A DNA stretch of 64,000 bases from Nostoc sp. DedSLP01 (GTDB lineage: Bacteria > Cyanobacteriota > Cyanobacteriia > Cyanobacteriales > Nostocaceae), in NCBI GenBank assembly GCA_034530875.2, contig JAVRCJ020000020.1, forward strand, positions 32,001 through 96,000. The letters run 5' to 3'. The position numbers and the translations under genes were made by a program. Each line of letters begins with the position of its first letter. The first letter of the stretch is position 1. The notes below the pieces were generated by a model that was not told the DNA's origin, did not search any database, and saw only the letters and a list, made by a program, of their open reading frames with translations. This document shows positions 22,739 to 33,354 of the stretch, in pieces.

Positions 22739-22861
22739 TAGACTTCTTACAGAAGTCGGGAAAAGGGTAAGGGGGAAAGGGGAAAGGGATAAGAAAAAAC
22801 CCTTTCCCTTTTACCTTTTCCCTTTGCCCCCTCTTGCAAAACTCTTTTTGCAAGAGGTCTA
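22739..22861. mobile_element. MITE-like element, inverted copy of the 11787-11911 family
   Basis: TAGACTTCTTACAGAAG ... TTTTGCAAGAGGTCTA. Confidence 0.7.
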
Positions 22862-22958
22862 TTAGTCATTAGTCATTTGTGATTAAACAGCGTCTACTTT
22901 GAAAACCTTAGTTTTTTGTTAGGTTTAAAAATAGACAGAGTTTAGTTCTTGGCTAATG

Positions 22959-23005
22959 AACGCCACTTGCTTCAACGGGGGGAACCCCGCAACGCAGTGG
23001 CTCCC
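22959..23005. repeat. Short GC-rich palindromic dispersed repeat (AACGCCACTTGC...GCAACGCAGTGGCTCCC)
   Basis: Embedded in CAAATGA-type heptamers; related pieces at about 5677-5724 and 37673-37705. Confidence 0.6.
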
Positions 23006-23024
23006 AATGACCAAGGACAAATGA

Positions 23025-24434
23025 CTAAATTTTTAGTCTTTGGGGTAGGCGATCTTGCCGAATTAAATCTTGATAAGTTTCGCGTTGCAAAATTAAATTT
23101 GCTTCGCCATTCGCTACTACTACTGCTGCCGATCGCGGTAAGCGGTTGTAGTTAGATGCCATACTGTAATTGTACGCACCAGTTCCCATAACTACGAGAA
23201 TATCTCCTGGTTCTGTCTTTGGAAGTAGAGCATTATGAATCAGAATATCTCCTGATTCACAATGTTTACCAGCTATTGTGACTGTTTCTGTTAAAGGAGA
23301 GGACATTTTGTTGGCAACTACTGTCCGATAAACCGATTGGTAAGTAATTGGGCGAGGATTGTCAGACATTCCCCCATCAATTGCTACATAGGTACGGATT
23401 TCTGGAATAACTTTAGACGAACCAATAGTGTAGGCTGTAACGCAAGCTGTGGCAATTAGCGATCGCCCCGGTTCGCAAAGTAATTTTGGCAAAGGCAAAT
23501 TTTCGGCTGCACAAGCTTCTTGAATTACTTCACAAATCGGCTTTACCCACTCTTCAATGCTAGGGGGGTCGTCTGATTCAGTATACTTAATACCTAAACC
23601 ACCACCGACATTTAACTCTGTCAAATTTAAACCATACTTTTTCGCATCACGGAACCACTGCACCATTAAAGCAGCCAAATCCCGATGCGGTTGGCGCTCA
23701 AAAATTTGCGAACCGATATGAGCGTGTAAGCCTACGCAGTTAATGAGAGATTGTTTGCTGACAAAAGTAAATAATTCCTCAAGTTCATTTGGATCGAAGC
23801 CAAATTTACTATCTAGTTGCCCCGTGCGGATATATTCATGCGTGTGGCATTCAATACCCGGAGTCAGACGCAACAAAAATCTAGGTTGTACCGACGGGGA
23901 ATTTGCCGCCTCAACGATTTCTACCAAAGTGCGTAACTCGTGCCAGTTATCCACCACAATAGTGCAACCGACTTCTGTGGCAAAAATCAGTTCTTGACGC
24001 GATTTATTGTTGCTATGAAAATAGATTTTCTCAGGATTGACGCCTGCTTGCAGCGCGGTGTAAAGTTCGCCACCTGAAGCGACATCAATTCCTAAACCCT
24101 CAGAGGCGACGAGCGCACAAACTGCCAGACAATTCCAAGCTTTTGAGGCATACAATACTTGAGATTCGCCTTGGTAATGTTGCTTGAAAGTATCTCGGTA
24201 TTGCTGACAACCCAAACGCAGTGTTTCTTCATCTAAAATATATAAAGGCGAACCAAACTGCTTAACTAGGGTTGTAACATCACACCCACCAATTTCCAAG
24301 AAGTCGCGATCGTGAACTCTGGCTGTTAAGGGTAAAAGTTCCTGGTTAGGCGAGGAATTTGCATTGTCGCTCTGCCTTTGAGGTAAATATTGACTTCCAG
24401 AATGTTGAACCCCAGTGGGGTGAGTCGATACCAT
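23025..24434 (-). CDS. lysA: Diaminopimelate decarboxylase
   Basis: YASKA (PLP lysine), HIGSQ, NVGGG, EPGRS, CESGD and GAY motifs. Confidence 0.96.
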   Translation of the reverse strand: MVSTHPTGVQHSGSQYLPQRQSDNANSSPNQELLPLTARVHDRDFLEIGGCDVTTLVKQFGSPLYILDEETLRLGCQQYRDTFKQHYQGESQVLYASKAWNCLAVCALVASEGLGIDVASGGELYTALQAGVNPEKIYFHSNNKSRQELIFATEVGCTIVVDNWHELRTLVEIVEAANSPSVQPRFLLRLTPGIECHTHEYIRTGQLDSKFGFDPNELEELFTFVSKQSLINCVGLHAHIGSQIFERQPHRDLAALMVQWFRDAKKYGLNLTELNVGGGLGIKYTESDDPPSIEEWVKPICEVIQEACAAENLPLPKLLCEPGRSLIATACVTAYTIGSSKVIPEIRTYVAIDGGMSDNPRPITYQSVYRTVVANKMSSPLTETVTIAGKHCESGDILIHNALLPKTEPGDILVVMGTGAYNYSMASNYNRLPRSAAVVVANGEANLILQRETYQDLIRQDRLPQRLKI

Positions 24435-24537
24435 AACTATAATTAATTGTCCTTGTTTAAAATACTGGGGTGAGAAAATCTCCCGTTTCCCAGTTTACCT
24501 TTTTCAGCAATCAGCCTCACACTGAACCTCAAAGAGA

Positions 24538-24728
24538 TGGTGGGGATTGGGGACTGGGGACTGGTTGCTGGTGACTGGTGACTGGGTATGAGTCATTGGC
24601 AGTGTGGGAGGTGTGGGAGGATGGGGAAGAAATCTTTCCTCCCTCTCTCCCCAGACTCCCCCATCTCCTCATCTCCCCCCTCTCCCCGCACTCCCCACAC
24701 TTTCCATCTGCCCCAGTCCCCAGTCCCT
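24538..24728. repeat. Composite STRR element
   Basis: GGGGACT/GGTGACT heptamers, the shared core, and CCCCAGT heptamers. Confidence 0.85.
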
Positions 24729-24803
24729 TCGATTAGAAAGTTCTAGCGTTAGCTAACCTTTGGCTAAGTCTTGCGTAACGGTTTTTAACCCTATTCAATA
24801 AAC

Positions 24804-25352
24804 GTGATTTCATTAGACTTAGAAATTAAATTACTCACAAAAGAGCATCTAAGTGCATTGCTGGAACTAGATCGAGCTTGTTTCGGCGGTCTTTGGACAA
24901 TGGAGGCTTACCAACGAGAGTTGGACAGTCCCAACAGCGAGTTACTTGGCTTATTTTCCCCTATCTCTAGTTCCAAACTGCTAGGAATGGGTTGCTTTTG
25001 GTCAATTTTAGAAGAAGCTCACATTACAATTTTGGCGGTTCATCCCCAATATCACCGCCAAGGTTTAGGACAGGCTTTACTATATTCAGTCCTTAAGACA
25101 GCTTGCGATCGCGGTTTAGAGCGAGCTACCCTCGAAGTCCGAGCTTCCAACGCTGGGGCTATATCTTTATATCAAAAATTTGGCTTTAAAACAGCGGGGC
25201 GCCGTCGGCGTTACTACCAAGATAACGGTGAAGACGCCTTAATCCTTTGGCTCTCAGACCTCCAACACCCCAAATTTCAAGCCACTTTAGACCGCTGGTA
25301 TTCCATTGTCAGCGATCGCTTAAGTAAATCGTCTTGGCATTTAGTTTTTTAA
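24804..25352 (+). CDS. rimI: Ribosomal protein alanine N-acetyltransferase (GNAT)
   Basis: EAHITILAVHPQYHRQGLG, LEVRASN, LYQKFGF and RRRYYQDNGEDA. Confidence 0.9.
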   Translation: MISLDLEIKLLTKEHLSALLELDRACFGGLWTMEAYQRELDSPNSELLGLFSPISSSKLLGMGCFWSILEEAHITILAVHPQYHRQGLGQALLYSVLKTACDRGLERATLEVRASNAGAISLYQKFGFKTAGRRRRYYQDNGEDALILWLSDLQHPKFQATLDRWYSIVSDRLSKSSWHLVF

Positions 25353-25784
25353 GCCAGTGAGGAGACAAGGGGAACAAATAATATCCAATGCCCTCATAAG
25401 AAATACCCACCTTCCCCAAAAAAGTGCAACTTGACCCCGCATAATTTTATTTAATTTTTTGATAAAAAAATAATTTTTAATAAAAAATTTTTATATAAAA
25501 ATTTATATCTTGATTTTAAGCAAAAAATATGCTAATAATGAGTATTTGGGATTAAGTTAAAAATACTTAAATTAGCAGTCAATTATTTGTAACAAATCCT
25601 AAAAAGGCTGGTAGACTAAAGCTCCTCAGTACACTAGCCAAGTGAAAGCAGTACAAAGGTAGTAATTTCCGCATTAACCTCCATCAGCAGCTTTGGATGT
25701 CTATAATCTGTTATACAGGCGTCCAAAAGCTTAGCCTGTGCTAAAATCAGCGTACCGGCACGACGCAGGTGATGGGATAAAGCC

Positions 25785-28253
25785 ATGTTTGAACGCTTCA
25801 CAGAAAAAGCCATTAAGGTAATTATGCTGGCCCAAGAAGAGGCCCGCCGTTTAGGCCACAATTTTGTCGGCACCGAGCAGATCCTCCTGGGTCTCATTGG
25901 TGAAGGCACCGGTGTGGCCGCTAAGGTGCTCAAATCAATGGGCGTCAATCTCAAAGACGCTCGCATTGAAGTTGAAAAAATTATAGGCCGGGGATCGGGC
26001 TTTGTGGCCGTGGAAATTCCGTTTACGCCACGGGCAAAGCGAGTTCTAGAACTCTCCTTGGAAGAAGCACGCCAACTGGGGCATAACTACATTGGCACCG
26101 AGCATCTGCTGTTGGGCCTAATCCGCGAAGGGGAAGGTGTAGCAGCTAGGGTGCTAGAAAACCTCGGTGTCGATCTATCCAAGGTAAGAACTCAAGTCAT
26201 CCGCATGTTGGGAGAAACTGCTGAAGTTTCACCAGGCGGTTCATCGGGTCGGACAAAAACCCCGACTTTGGATGAATTTGGCTCTAACCTGACCCAAATG
26301 GCCACAGACAATAAGCTCGATCCTGTAGTAGGACGCGCCAAAGAAATTGAGCGGGTGATTCAGATATTGGGTCGCCGCACTAAAAATAACCCAGTACTGA
26401 TTGGGGAACCAGGTGTTGGTAAAACTGCGATCGCTGAAGGTTTAGCTTCACGCATTGCCAACAAAGATGTCCCTGACATCCTGGAAGATAAACGCGTAGT
26501 CACACTGGATATCGGTTTGCTGGTAGCAGGTACCAAGTACCGGGGTGAATTTGAAGAACGTTTGAAGAAAATCATGGATGAAATCCGTTCTGCGGGTAAT
26601 GTCATCCTGGTAATTGACGAAGTTCATACCCTAATTGGTGCAGGTGCGGCAGAAGGTGCCATCGACGCAGCCAATATCCTCAAGCCAGCTTTAGCTAGAG
26701 GTGAGTTGCAGTGCATCGGTGCGACAACCCTAGATGAATATCGCAAACACATCGAACGGGATGCAGCCCTAGAGCGCCGTTTCCAACCAGTAATGGTGGG
26801 CGAACCCAGTGTAGATGAAACAATTGAAATTTTATATGGTCTGCGCGATCGCTACGAGCAACACCACAAGCTGAAAATCTCCGATGAAGCTTTGGTAGCA
26901 GCAGCGAAATTGTCAGACCGTTATATTAGCGATCGCTACCTCCCAGATAAAGCCATCGACTTGGTAGATGAAGCTGGTTCTCGCGTGCGTTTAATTAACT
27001 CCCAACTTCCACCCGCAGCCAAAGAGTTAGATAAAGAACTGCGTCAGATCTTAAAAGAAAAAGATGATGCAGTGCGCTCTCAAGACTTCGACAAAGCTGG
27101 GGAATTGCGCGATCGGGAGATGGAAATCAAAGCCGAAATCAGGGCTATTGCTCAAAGCAAGGCCAATGCAACTGGTTCCGAACACGAAGAACCCGTAGTT
27201 ACAGAAGAAGACATTGCCCATATTGTCGCTTCCTGGACTGGCGTACCGGTGAACAAACTCACCGAATCGGAATCAGAAAAGCTGCTGCACATGGAAGACA
27301 CCTTGCATCAGCGTTTAATTGGTCAAGAAGACGCTGTAAAAGCAGTTTCACGGGCTATTCGTCGCGCTCGTGTCGGTTTGAAGAATCCCAATCGACCCAT
27401 TGCTAGTTTCGTCTTCTCCGGGCCTACTGGTGTAGGTAAAACCGAGTTAGCGAAATCCTTAGCTGCTTACTTCTTCGGTTCCGAAGAAGCCATGATCCGC
27501 TTAGATATGTCCGAATACATGGAGCGTCACACCGTTAGTAAGCTGATTGGTTCGCCTCCTGGTTATGTTGGTTATAACGAAGGCGGTCAACTAACCGAAG
27601 CCGTGCGGCGGCGTCCTTACACCGTGGTGCTGTTCGACGAAATCGAAAAAGCGCACCCCGATGTATTCAATATGCTGCTGCAAATTTTGGAAGACGGTCG
27701 CTTAACTGATGCTAAAGGTCGCACGGTAGACTTCAAGAACACCTTGCTGATTTTAACTTCCAATATTGGTTCTAAGGTAATTGAGAAAGGCGCTTCCACC
27801 ATCGGCTTTGAGTTTGCTGATGATGTTGGCGAATCACAATACAACCGCATCAAGACCCTGGTAAACGAAGAATTAAAACAGTACTTCCGTCCAGAGTTCC
27901 TCAACCGACTCGATGAAATTATCGTCTTCCGTCAGTTGAGCAAGCCAGAGGTGACCCAAATCGCCGAAATTATGCTCAAGGAAGTATTCGGTCGTCTCAC
28001 AGAAAAAGGTATCACCTTAGAAGTCAGCGATCGCTTCAAAGATCGTTTGATTCAAGAAGGTTACAGTCCCAGCTACGGCGCAAGACCATTACGCCGAGCG
28101 ATTATGCGCTTGTTAGAAGATAGCCTAGCAGAGGAAATCCTCTCTGGTCGCATCAAGGATGGCGATACAGCCTTAGTTGATGTTGACGAGAACGGTACTG
28201 TCCAGGTGAGCGCGCAAGAGCGTCGGGAATTGTTACCCCAAGGCGTCGAGTAA
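25785..28253 (+). CDS. clpC: ATP-dependent Clp protease ATP-binding subunit ClpC
   Basis: [10 protein letters not shown]-domain; two Walker A motifs GEPGVGKT and [15 protein letters not shown]. Confidence 0.97.
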   Translation: MFERFTEKAIKVIMLAQEEARRLGHNFVGTEQILLGLIGEGTGVAAKVLKSMGVNLKDARIEVEKIIGRGSGFVAVEIPFTPRAKRVLELSLEEARQLGHNYIGTEHLLLGLIREGEGVAARVLENLGVDLSKVRTQVIRMLGETAEVSPGGSSGRTKTPTLDEFGSNLTQMATDNKLDPVVGRAKEIERVIQILGRRTKNNPVLIGEPGVGKTAIAEGLASRIANKDVPDILEDKRVVTLDIGLLVAGTKYRGEFEERLKKIMDEIRSAGNVILVIDEVHTLIGAGAAEGAIDAANILKPALARGELQCIGATTLDEYRKHIERDAALERRFQPVMVGEPSVDETIEILYGLRDRYEQHHKLKISDEALVAAAKLSDRYISDRYLPDKAIDLVDEAGSRVRLINSQLPPAAKELDKELRQILKEKDDAVRSQDFDKAGELRDREMEIKAEIRAIAQSKANATGSEHEEPVVTEEDIAHIVASWTGVPVNKLTESESEKLLHMEDTLHQRLIGQEDAVKAVSRAIRRARVGLKNPNRPIASFVFSGPTGVGKTELAKSLAAYFFGSEEAMIRLDMSEYMERHTVSKLIGSPPGYVGYNEGGQLTEAVRRRPYTVVLFDEIEKAHPDVFNMLLQILEDGRLTDAKGRTVDFKNTLLILTSNIGSKVIEKGASTIGFEFADDVGESQYNRIKTLVNEELKQYFRPEFLNRLDEIIVFRQLSKPEVTQIAEIMLKEVFGRLTEKGITLEVSDRFKDRLIQEGYSPSYGARPLRRAIMRLLEDSLAEEILSGRIKDGDTALVDVDENGTVQVSAQERRELLPQGVE

Positions 28254-28291
28254 GATTTAAAATTTGGGATTTTAATCTCAAATAGAAAATT

Positions 28292-28330
28292 AGAAAACGG
28301 TAGAGGAATTCAACCCTTTACCGTTTTTCT
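28292..28330 (+). terminator. clpC intrinsic terminator
   Basis: AAAACGGTAGAGG ... CCTTTACCGTTTTT stem with T tail. Confidence 0.7.
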
Positions 28331-28504
28331 ATGCATAACTTAGATTTATCAAAACATTGAAGAGTTGTACTTGCTTTTTAAATATATGCACTTTCTTCCA
28401 ACTGCGCTGCAAATTGTCACCCCAAAAAGTTGAATAAGACAAATTTTAGCTCGCTAGCCATCATGTTATATTGATCGGATAAGCACTAAAAGGTGTTCAA
28501 AGTT

Positions 28505-28711
28505 ATGACCTTCAGTGATGTAGTTGAAGCAATTAAAAGTCTTTCCACCGAAGAAAAACTAGAAATTCAACTGCTATTGCAGCAATATCTCCGAGAAGAA
28601 AGGCGCGAAGAGATTTATCATAATTTTCGGACGGCACAAGTAGAACAGCAAAATGGTGAACTAAAGTTTTCGTCCAATATTGATGAACTGAGACAACTAA
28701 TAGAAGAATAA
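28505..28711 (+). CDS. Putative antitoxin (acidic, about 68 aa)
   Basis: TAATG overlap with the downstream RelE/YafQ toxin; C-terminus FSSNIDELRQLIEE resembles RelB/DinJ-type tails. Confidence 0.75.
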   Translation: MTFSDVVEAIKSLSTEEKLEIQLLLQQYLREERREEIYHNFRTAQVEQQNGELKFSSNIDELRQLIEE

Positions 28712-28980
28712 TGGTAGAAGTAAGTTTCAGTTCTTTATTTAAATGTGCTTTTAAAAAGCGAATTCAAAGGAATGTAGATTTAGAAACACGGTTTTGGCAA
28801 AAGTTGGAGCAATTTACAGCAAATCCATTTGATGAGGGTTTGAAAACTCATAAATTATCAGGCAAACTTAAAAATTTATGGAGTTTTAGCGTAGATTATG
28901 ACGATAGAGTAGTTTTTTACTTTACAGATGATGGAGATGTTGTGTTTGTAGATATTGGTAGTCACGATGAAGTTTACTAA
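28711..28980 (+). CDS. Type II toxin, RelE/StbE (YafQ-like) mRNA interferase
   Basis: LKTHKLSGKL, WSFSV..D.RVVF and C-terminal DIGSHDEVY. Confidence 0.88.
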   Translation: MVEVSFSSLFKCAFKKRIQRNVDLETRFWQKLEQFTANPFDEGLKTHKLSGKLKNLWSFSVDYDDRVVFYFTDDGDVVFVDIGSHDEVY

Positions 28981-29071
28981 GTAAAATCTATTAATAGGTG
29001 GATAAAAATCAATATTAAAAAAACGGTAGAAGACAAAACTGAGTAGAGACCATAAATCAAGGAGTAAAGAC

Positions 29072-29344
29072 GTGCAAAGCATACTTTTAAGCCGCGAAGA
29101 AGTTGCACGACGTGCGAAAGAATTATATGAAAACAGCATTCGTCAACAAGTGGAACGAGAAGAAAACATCGGCAAAATGGTGATTATTGATATAGAAACA
29201 GGTGAATACGCAATTGACAAAACAGGTATAGAATCAGCACGATATTTACGTAAAAAATCGCCATTTGCTCGACTATACGGAATTCGCATTGGTTACAAAG
29301 TTGCTGTTTCCTTCTGTGGCTTTTTGGAGCGCGATTCACAGTGA
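29072..29344 (+). CDS. Small conserved protein (DUF5678-like), partner of the clan AA protease
   Basis: GKMVIIDIETGEY...RIG pattern; GGAG RBS; GTGA overlap with the next gene. Confidence 0.7.
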   Translation: MQSILLSREEVARRAKELYENSIRQQVEREENIGKMVIIDIETGEYAIDKTGIESARYLRKKSPFARLYGIRIGYKVAVSFCGFLERDSQ

Positions 29345-29706
29345 TTTCTGGTATTGTCAAGGATGCACACCCAACTGTTAATGTTGCATTTCGACTGTCA
29401 AATATACCAGATTTTACTATTGAATTTGTTATAGACACAGGTTTTACAGGTTATCTTTGTCTACCACCAGAAGCAGTTGTTTTGTTGGGTTTACCGTTAC
29501 TATATGAACTACCTGCAAATCTAGCTAATAATAGTTGGGTAGATATACCAGTACATGAAGCTGTTATTATTTGGAATGGTGAAGAAAGAGTAGTTAATGT
29601 ACTTGCTACAGGAAAGCGACCTTTACTAGGGACTGCTTTACTGGATGAGCATGAACTTGTCATACAGTTTACTGAAGGTGGTTTAGTAACAATTGAAGAG
29701 TTGTAG
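29341..29706 (+). CDS. Clan AA (retropepsin-like) aspartic protease
   Basis: FVIDTGFTGYL catalytic DTG motif and the downstream LLG motif; single domain of 121 aa. Confidence 0.87.
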   Translation: MISGIVKDAHPTVNVAFRLSNIPDFTIEFVIDTGFTGYLCLPPEAVVLLGLPLLYELPANLANNSWVDIPVHEAVIIWNGEERVVNVLATGKRPLLGTALLDEHELVIQFTEGGLVTIEEL

Positions 29707-29942
29707 TTGCTTTCGGAATATATCCATTTTCACCAACAGTATTAGCCAAATACACAGGTCAAAATAACTCCAGAAAACAAACATAATTTGTTGCTATTGA
29801 CCTAGATATTGTAAAGCTAAAGCTATATGTTTGGACGATTCAAGCAGCAGTAATTTTTAAGTCAAGAGTATACGACCAATTTATTGAAGAGATATTTTAA
29901 ATTTTGCAAGTATTAGTCGTAATAGATTGTTTACTCAAACAT

Positions 29943-30839
29943 CTATGTGTATGATTTAGCGCTGGGAGTCAAGCTCATTAAATCATCAATATTGAGTTTC
30001 ATTGTCTTGCAAATTGCATCTAATGGTAAGTCATTCGCATCATAACCAAATGGATTTTCTATTTCCAATCCTATGGCTTCAATGCCAAAGAGTGTAAAAC
30101 CAACTAAAGCAGAGATTAAACCTGTCCACCAACCGAGACTACTTACAATTTGAAATGGCAGCAATAAGCAATATAGTACCAGCAATTGCTTCAAATGAAT
30201 GGCATAGGCCAGCGGCATTGGTGTTTTTAAAATCCGTTCGCAAGCACCTAAATTATCCACAAGATTATTTAATAATTCTTGCATAGCTGTTAATTGATAG
30301 CTATTGATACAATTACGATGATATTGCTGTTGTAAATAATCGCTTATCCAAAAAGCTACTTCGATAGGAGGGTTATTCATAATCTTGAGTTTGATAAATT
30401 TGCTAGAGGACATTAGTTCTTCTAGTTCACTATTCGCAGCTTCTCCGCGTAGATGTAGTTTAATGGCGACTGCAAAAGCCACCAATAAATTTAATGCTGC
30501 GATTTTATTATCTTTGTCTTCTGGAGATATTTCTTCAACTGATACCCAAATTTGCCGCGCTAGATTTCGGACATTATTTACTATAGAACCCCAGCATTTT
30601 CTGCCTTCCCAAAATCGCTCATAAGCAGTATTTGTACGAAATACAAGTAATAAACCTAAAACAATACTAGGAATAACACTTCCTAAAATAGGTTGCGATA
30701 CAGGTAGTTTTAAAAAATAAAGTTGAGAAACAAAAAATCCAAAAATTCCGCACAATAAAACTTTTTTGTAAATCGCTTTGACGACTGAACCTTTAAGTTG
30801 CAATGTTGTCTGTACCCATTTCAGGTTTTCAGCACTCAT
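29943..30839 (-). CDS. Bestrophin family anion channel (YneE-like)
   Basis: LLLVFRTNTAYERFWEGRKCWG, CERILKTPMP and EIENPFGYDANDLPL. Confidence 0.92.
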   Translation of the reverse strand: MSAENLKWVQTTLQLKGSVVKAIYKKVLLCGIFGFFVSQLYFLKLPVSQPILGSVIPSIVLGLLLVFRTNTAYERFWEGRKCWGSIVNNVRNLARQIWVSVEEISPEDKDNKIAALNLLVAFAVAIKLHLRGEAANSELEELMSSSKFIKLKIMNNPPIEVAFWISDYLQQQYHRNCINSYQLTAMQELLNNLVDNLGACERILKTPMPLAYAIHLKQLLVLYCLLLPFQIVSSLGWWTGLISALVGFTLFGIEAIGLEIENPFGYDANDLPLDAICKTMKLNIDDLMSLTPSAKSYT

Positions 30840-31239
30840 GTAGTCACCCCTAGAGAACATCTCAGTAACTTCAAAATAATAGCTTTAGAATCGGCACTAT
30901 TGCCAATGAAAATACTGTAAAAAAGAGCGCTATAAACCAATGAATATACTTAGAGAAAGCCTGTATTCTACTTTCTACTTGAAAAATTGAAAAGCAATGC
31001 CTACGTCTGACTACGGATATACAGTCGATTGCAAAGAAATGTAACACTTTTAAATTGGCTGCATAAATCATAGGTCGTACGCCGATAAAACTATAGAAGA
31101 AAAGGTACGCGATAACGATGATGACTATACGTCATTAATCGCTATCATGTACCCCAGTAAATCAACAAGTTGTAACCTGTACAAATCCTGCCCTGTAAAT
31201 TCAGCGATTAGACATAACTTATTTAGTTATGTCTTTTTT

Positions 31240-31623
31240 TTAATTAGTCTCAAAACGTTGAATTTCAATCAAATAACCACTAGGATCTCGTAAGAAGCAC
31301 TGATAAATATTATACTTTTTGTTTAGTGTAGGCGGCTTTTCAAATTTAACGCCACGTTCTTGGAGATATTCAAACCATTCATCTACCTGCGCTGTTACCA
31401 AAGTAAAAATAACATTTGATTGGTTTTCAAGTGCAGGAATAGATTTTTCGCTTGCTTGGCACAATCCTAAGTATCCAGAGCCAGTAACAGTGTAAATTCG
31501 ACAGGTTCCTTGGTCAAGCCACAACTCTAAGCCCAGTTTTTGTTCGTAGAATTCTGTAGACGCGTTGAGGTCGTGGGTGTAAAAGAAGGTAATCTGCTGA
31601 TAAATTTGCGGTTGATGAGGCAT
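31240..31623 (-). CDS. VOC/glyoxalase family protein
   Basis: DLNASTEFYEQKLGL...FLRDPSGYLIEI; ATG start at 31623 preferred. Confidence 0.85.
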   Translation of the reverse strand: MPHQPQIYQQITFFYTHDLNASTEFYEQKLGLELWLDQGTCRIYTVTGSGYLGLCQASEKSIPALENQSNVIFTLVTAQVDEWFEYLQERGVKFEKPPTLNKKYNIYQCFLRDPSGYLIEIQRFETN

Positions 31624-31703
31624 AAAACACATTTGAGTATATACCCTAACGACAGATAGCGATCGCAAATGTAAAAATTAATTTATGTTAGAAACCTGTT
31701 ACT

Positions 31704-31741
31704 ACTCCAGAGCGCCTTGAGCGTATCTGGAGTTTCTTTTT
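31704..31741 (+). terminator. Terminator-like hairpin 1
   Basis: ACTCCAGA / TCTGGAGT stem followed by TTCTTTTT. Confidence 0.6.
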
Positions 31742-31868
31742 GGACTAAATCAAAATTTTCTAAATCATCCGGATCGGCTACAACAAGCTTGAATAGGGAT
31801 GCATAACGAATTATTTATATATAACACGGAGCATCCCTTGTTGATGTACTCCTCTGCCAAACAACTCT

Positions 31869-31905
31869 CGCAAAAAAGCCCCACTTTATTTGGGGCTTTT
31901 TTGCG
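31869..31905. terminator. Bidirectional terminator-like hairpin 2
   Basis: Perfect 15-bp inverted repeat CGCAAAAAAGCCCCA / TGGGGCTTTTTTGCG. Confidence 0.75.
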
Positions 31906-32035
31906 TTGAAGGTACGTAAACCAAAACTAGAATATCGAGTTAAGGGAGACATTTATATAGATTTGAGTGTATACCCTGATGACGTAGGATTCACGGATGG
32001 AAAAAATTGAGATAGGTAAATGCGTATCTTTCCTG

Positions 32036-32071
32036 ACTCCAGATTTGTCATCAACATTTCTGGAGTTTTTT
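32036..32071 (+). terminator. Terminator-like hairpin 3
   Basis: ACTCCAGA / TCTGGAGT stem followed by TTTTT. Confidence 0.6.
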
Positions 32072-32151
32072 CATTGAAAATACAAAATATTTAAGCGATC
32101 GCACTTCCCCTTTCAGGCTAATTCCAATGCGATCGCTTTTAATATCAATCC

Positions 32152-32994
32152 TTATTTCACTGTATATGTAACAAAAATATCCTTTTTCATCTCTACCTCT
32201 GCCGGAGCATCTGGATCGTAAGTTTGCGTTGTTAAAAAGCTAGCAAAAGATGGTAAAGAAACTCCTGTTTTGGAACTACAGGAAGGATAGAATAATGTGT
32301 AAAATGGTTCGGCTACAGAAGCATTAGCAAGTTTAACACCCATAGCAGTCGCTAAAGCCTGAGCGCGACTTTGAGCATCTTTCATTGCTGACTGGTAAAC
32401 TGAACTCTGCAAAGCTTGGCAATCATTGACTGCGTATTCTACGCCGACATTCTTGATAGTCAAATTTTCTAATTTGCTTGTTGCTTTGTTCGCTGTACCA
32501 ACAAGTTCCTGAATGCGATCGCGGCTTGGTTTTTCGACTTTTAGTAAAATTTTGGCATTATTTTCACTAGAATTAGGATTAACCTGCACTTGAATTTTAT
32601 CAGTACTAATTCCTTTAGCAACTAGGCTATCGACTATTGGCTGGAGACTGGCTTTAGTTATGGGGTTTTTCTTATCTGAAGAAGGTGGAGGCGGAATTTG
32701 TCCTATTGCTGTGTTGCTACTTAATAAGAGACTTGGTAAAGTTTGACGGTGGATTTGGGATAGCGTTGATGGCTGCACTTCTAAATTATCATTGCTATCT
32801 TTGATACCAACTACCAATTCCAGATCCGCTGTATCTGCTGGCACTCTTACTACTCCTTGACCCATTACCATTAATGAATTGCGATCGCTCGCTGGTGGAT
32901 AAAATAATTGAGCGTTAGTGACTTTAGGTGTTAATCCTTCCATCCCAACAGTCACACTTATACTTAGAAGCATCACAGCAGTTATTTTTTTCAT
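32152..32994 (-). CDS. SIMPL (DUF541) domain secreted protein
   Basis: Signal peptide; VMGQGVVRVPADTA; AMKDAQSRAQALATAMGVKL; terminal VTYTVK. Confidence 0.85.
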   Translation of the reverse strand: MKKITAVMLLSISVTVGMEGLTPKVTNAQLFYPPASDRNSLMVMGQGVVRVPADTADLELVVGIKDSNDNLEVQPSTLSQIHRQTLPSLLLSSNTAIGQIPPPPSSDKKNPITKASLQPIVDSLVAKGISTDKIQVQVNPNSSENNAKILLKVEKPSRDRIQELVGTANKATSKLENLTIKNVGVEYAVNDCQALQSSVYQSAMKDAQSRAQALATAMGVKLANASVAEPFYTLFYPSCSSKTGVSLPSFASFLTTQTYDPDAPAEVEMKKDIFVTYTVK

Positions 32995-33124
32995 GTTCTC
33001 AGAATGTATTTTGAACTAACTGTCAAAGTTTACACTTCAAGAACAATATACTTAATGTTTTATCTCAATAAATTTACTAAAAAAAGCACTGAGAAGTCCA
33101 AGAGCAGAGAGGGAAGTTGGAGTA

Positions 33125-33307
33125 ATACCAATTTGAAAAAAGAATTTGACAGATACACAAGCTCAAACCCTTGTAATATCTAGTTTTCTTAATTTTGTTA
33201 GCGCAGCCTAAAGCCTTCTCTACGACAGGCTGCGCGTAGCTTGCTTCCTCGTAGAGGTACGCTTAGAGCGAGTCTACGAGCGTCATACGTTAATTTTGAA
33301 TTGGTAT
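33125..33307. mobile_element. MITE-like element (ATACCAATT...AATTGGTAT ends) carrying nested GC-rich SDR-like inserts
   Basis: 9-bp terminal inverted repeat; a GC-rich block at about 33200-33285 interrupts AATTTTG heptamers. Confidence 0.6.
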
Positions 33308-33354
33308 AAGGCTTTACCCTCTGCTTCCGTAGCTGTTTTGTAAATTCTGGGCTA

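Noticed and set aside
21027..24434. lysA-cdaA-uppS as a novel c-di-AMP system
   Set aside because: This gene order is known and conserved in cyanobacteria.
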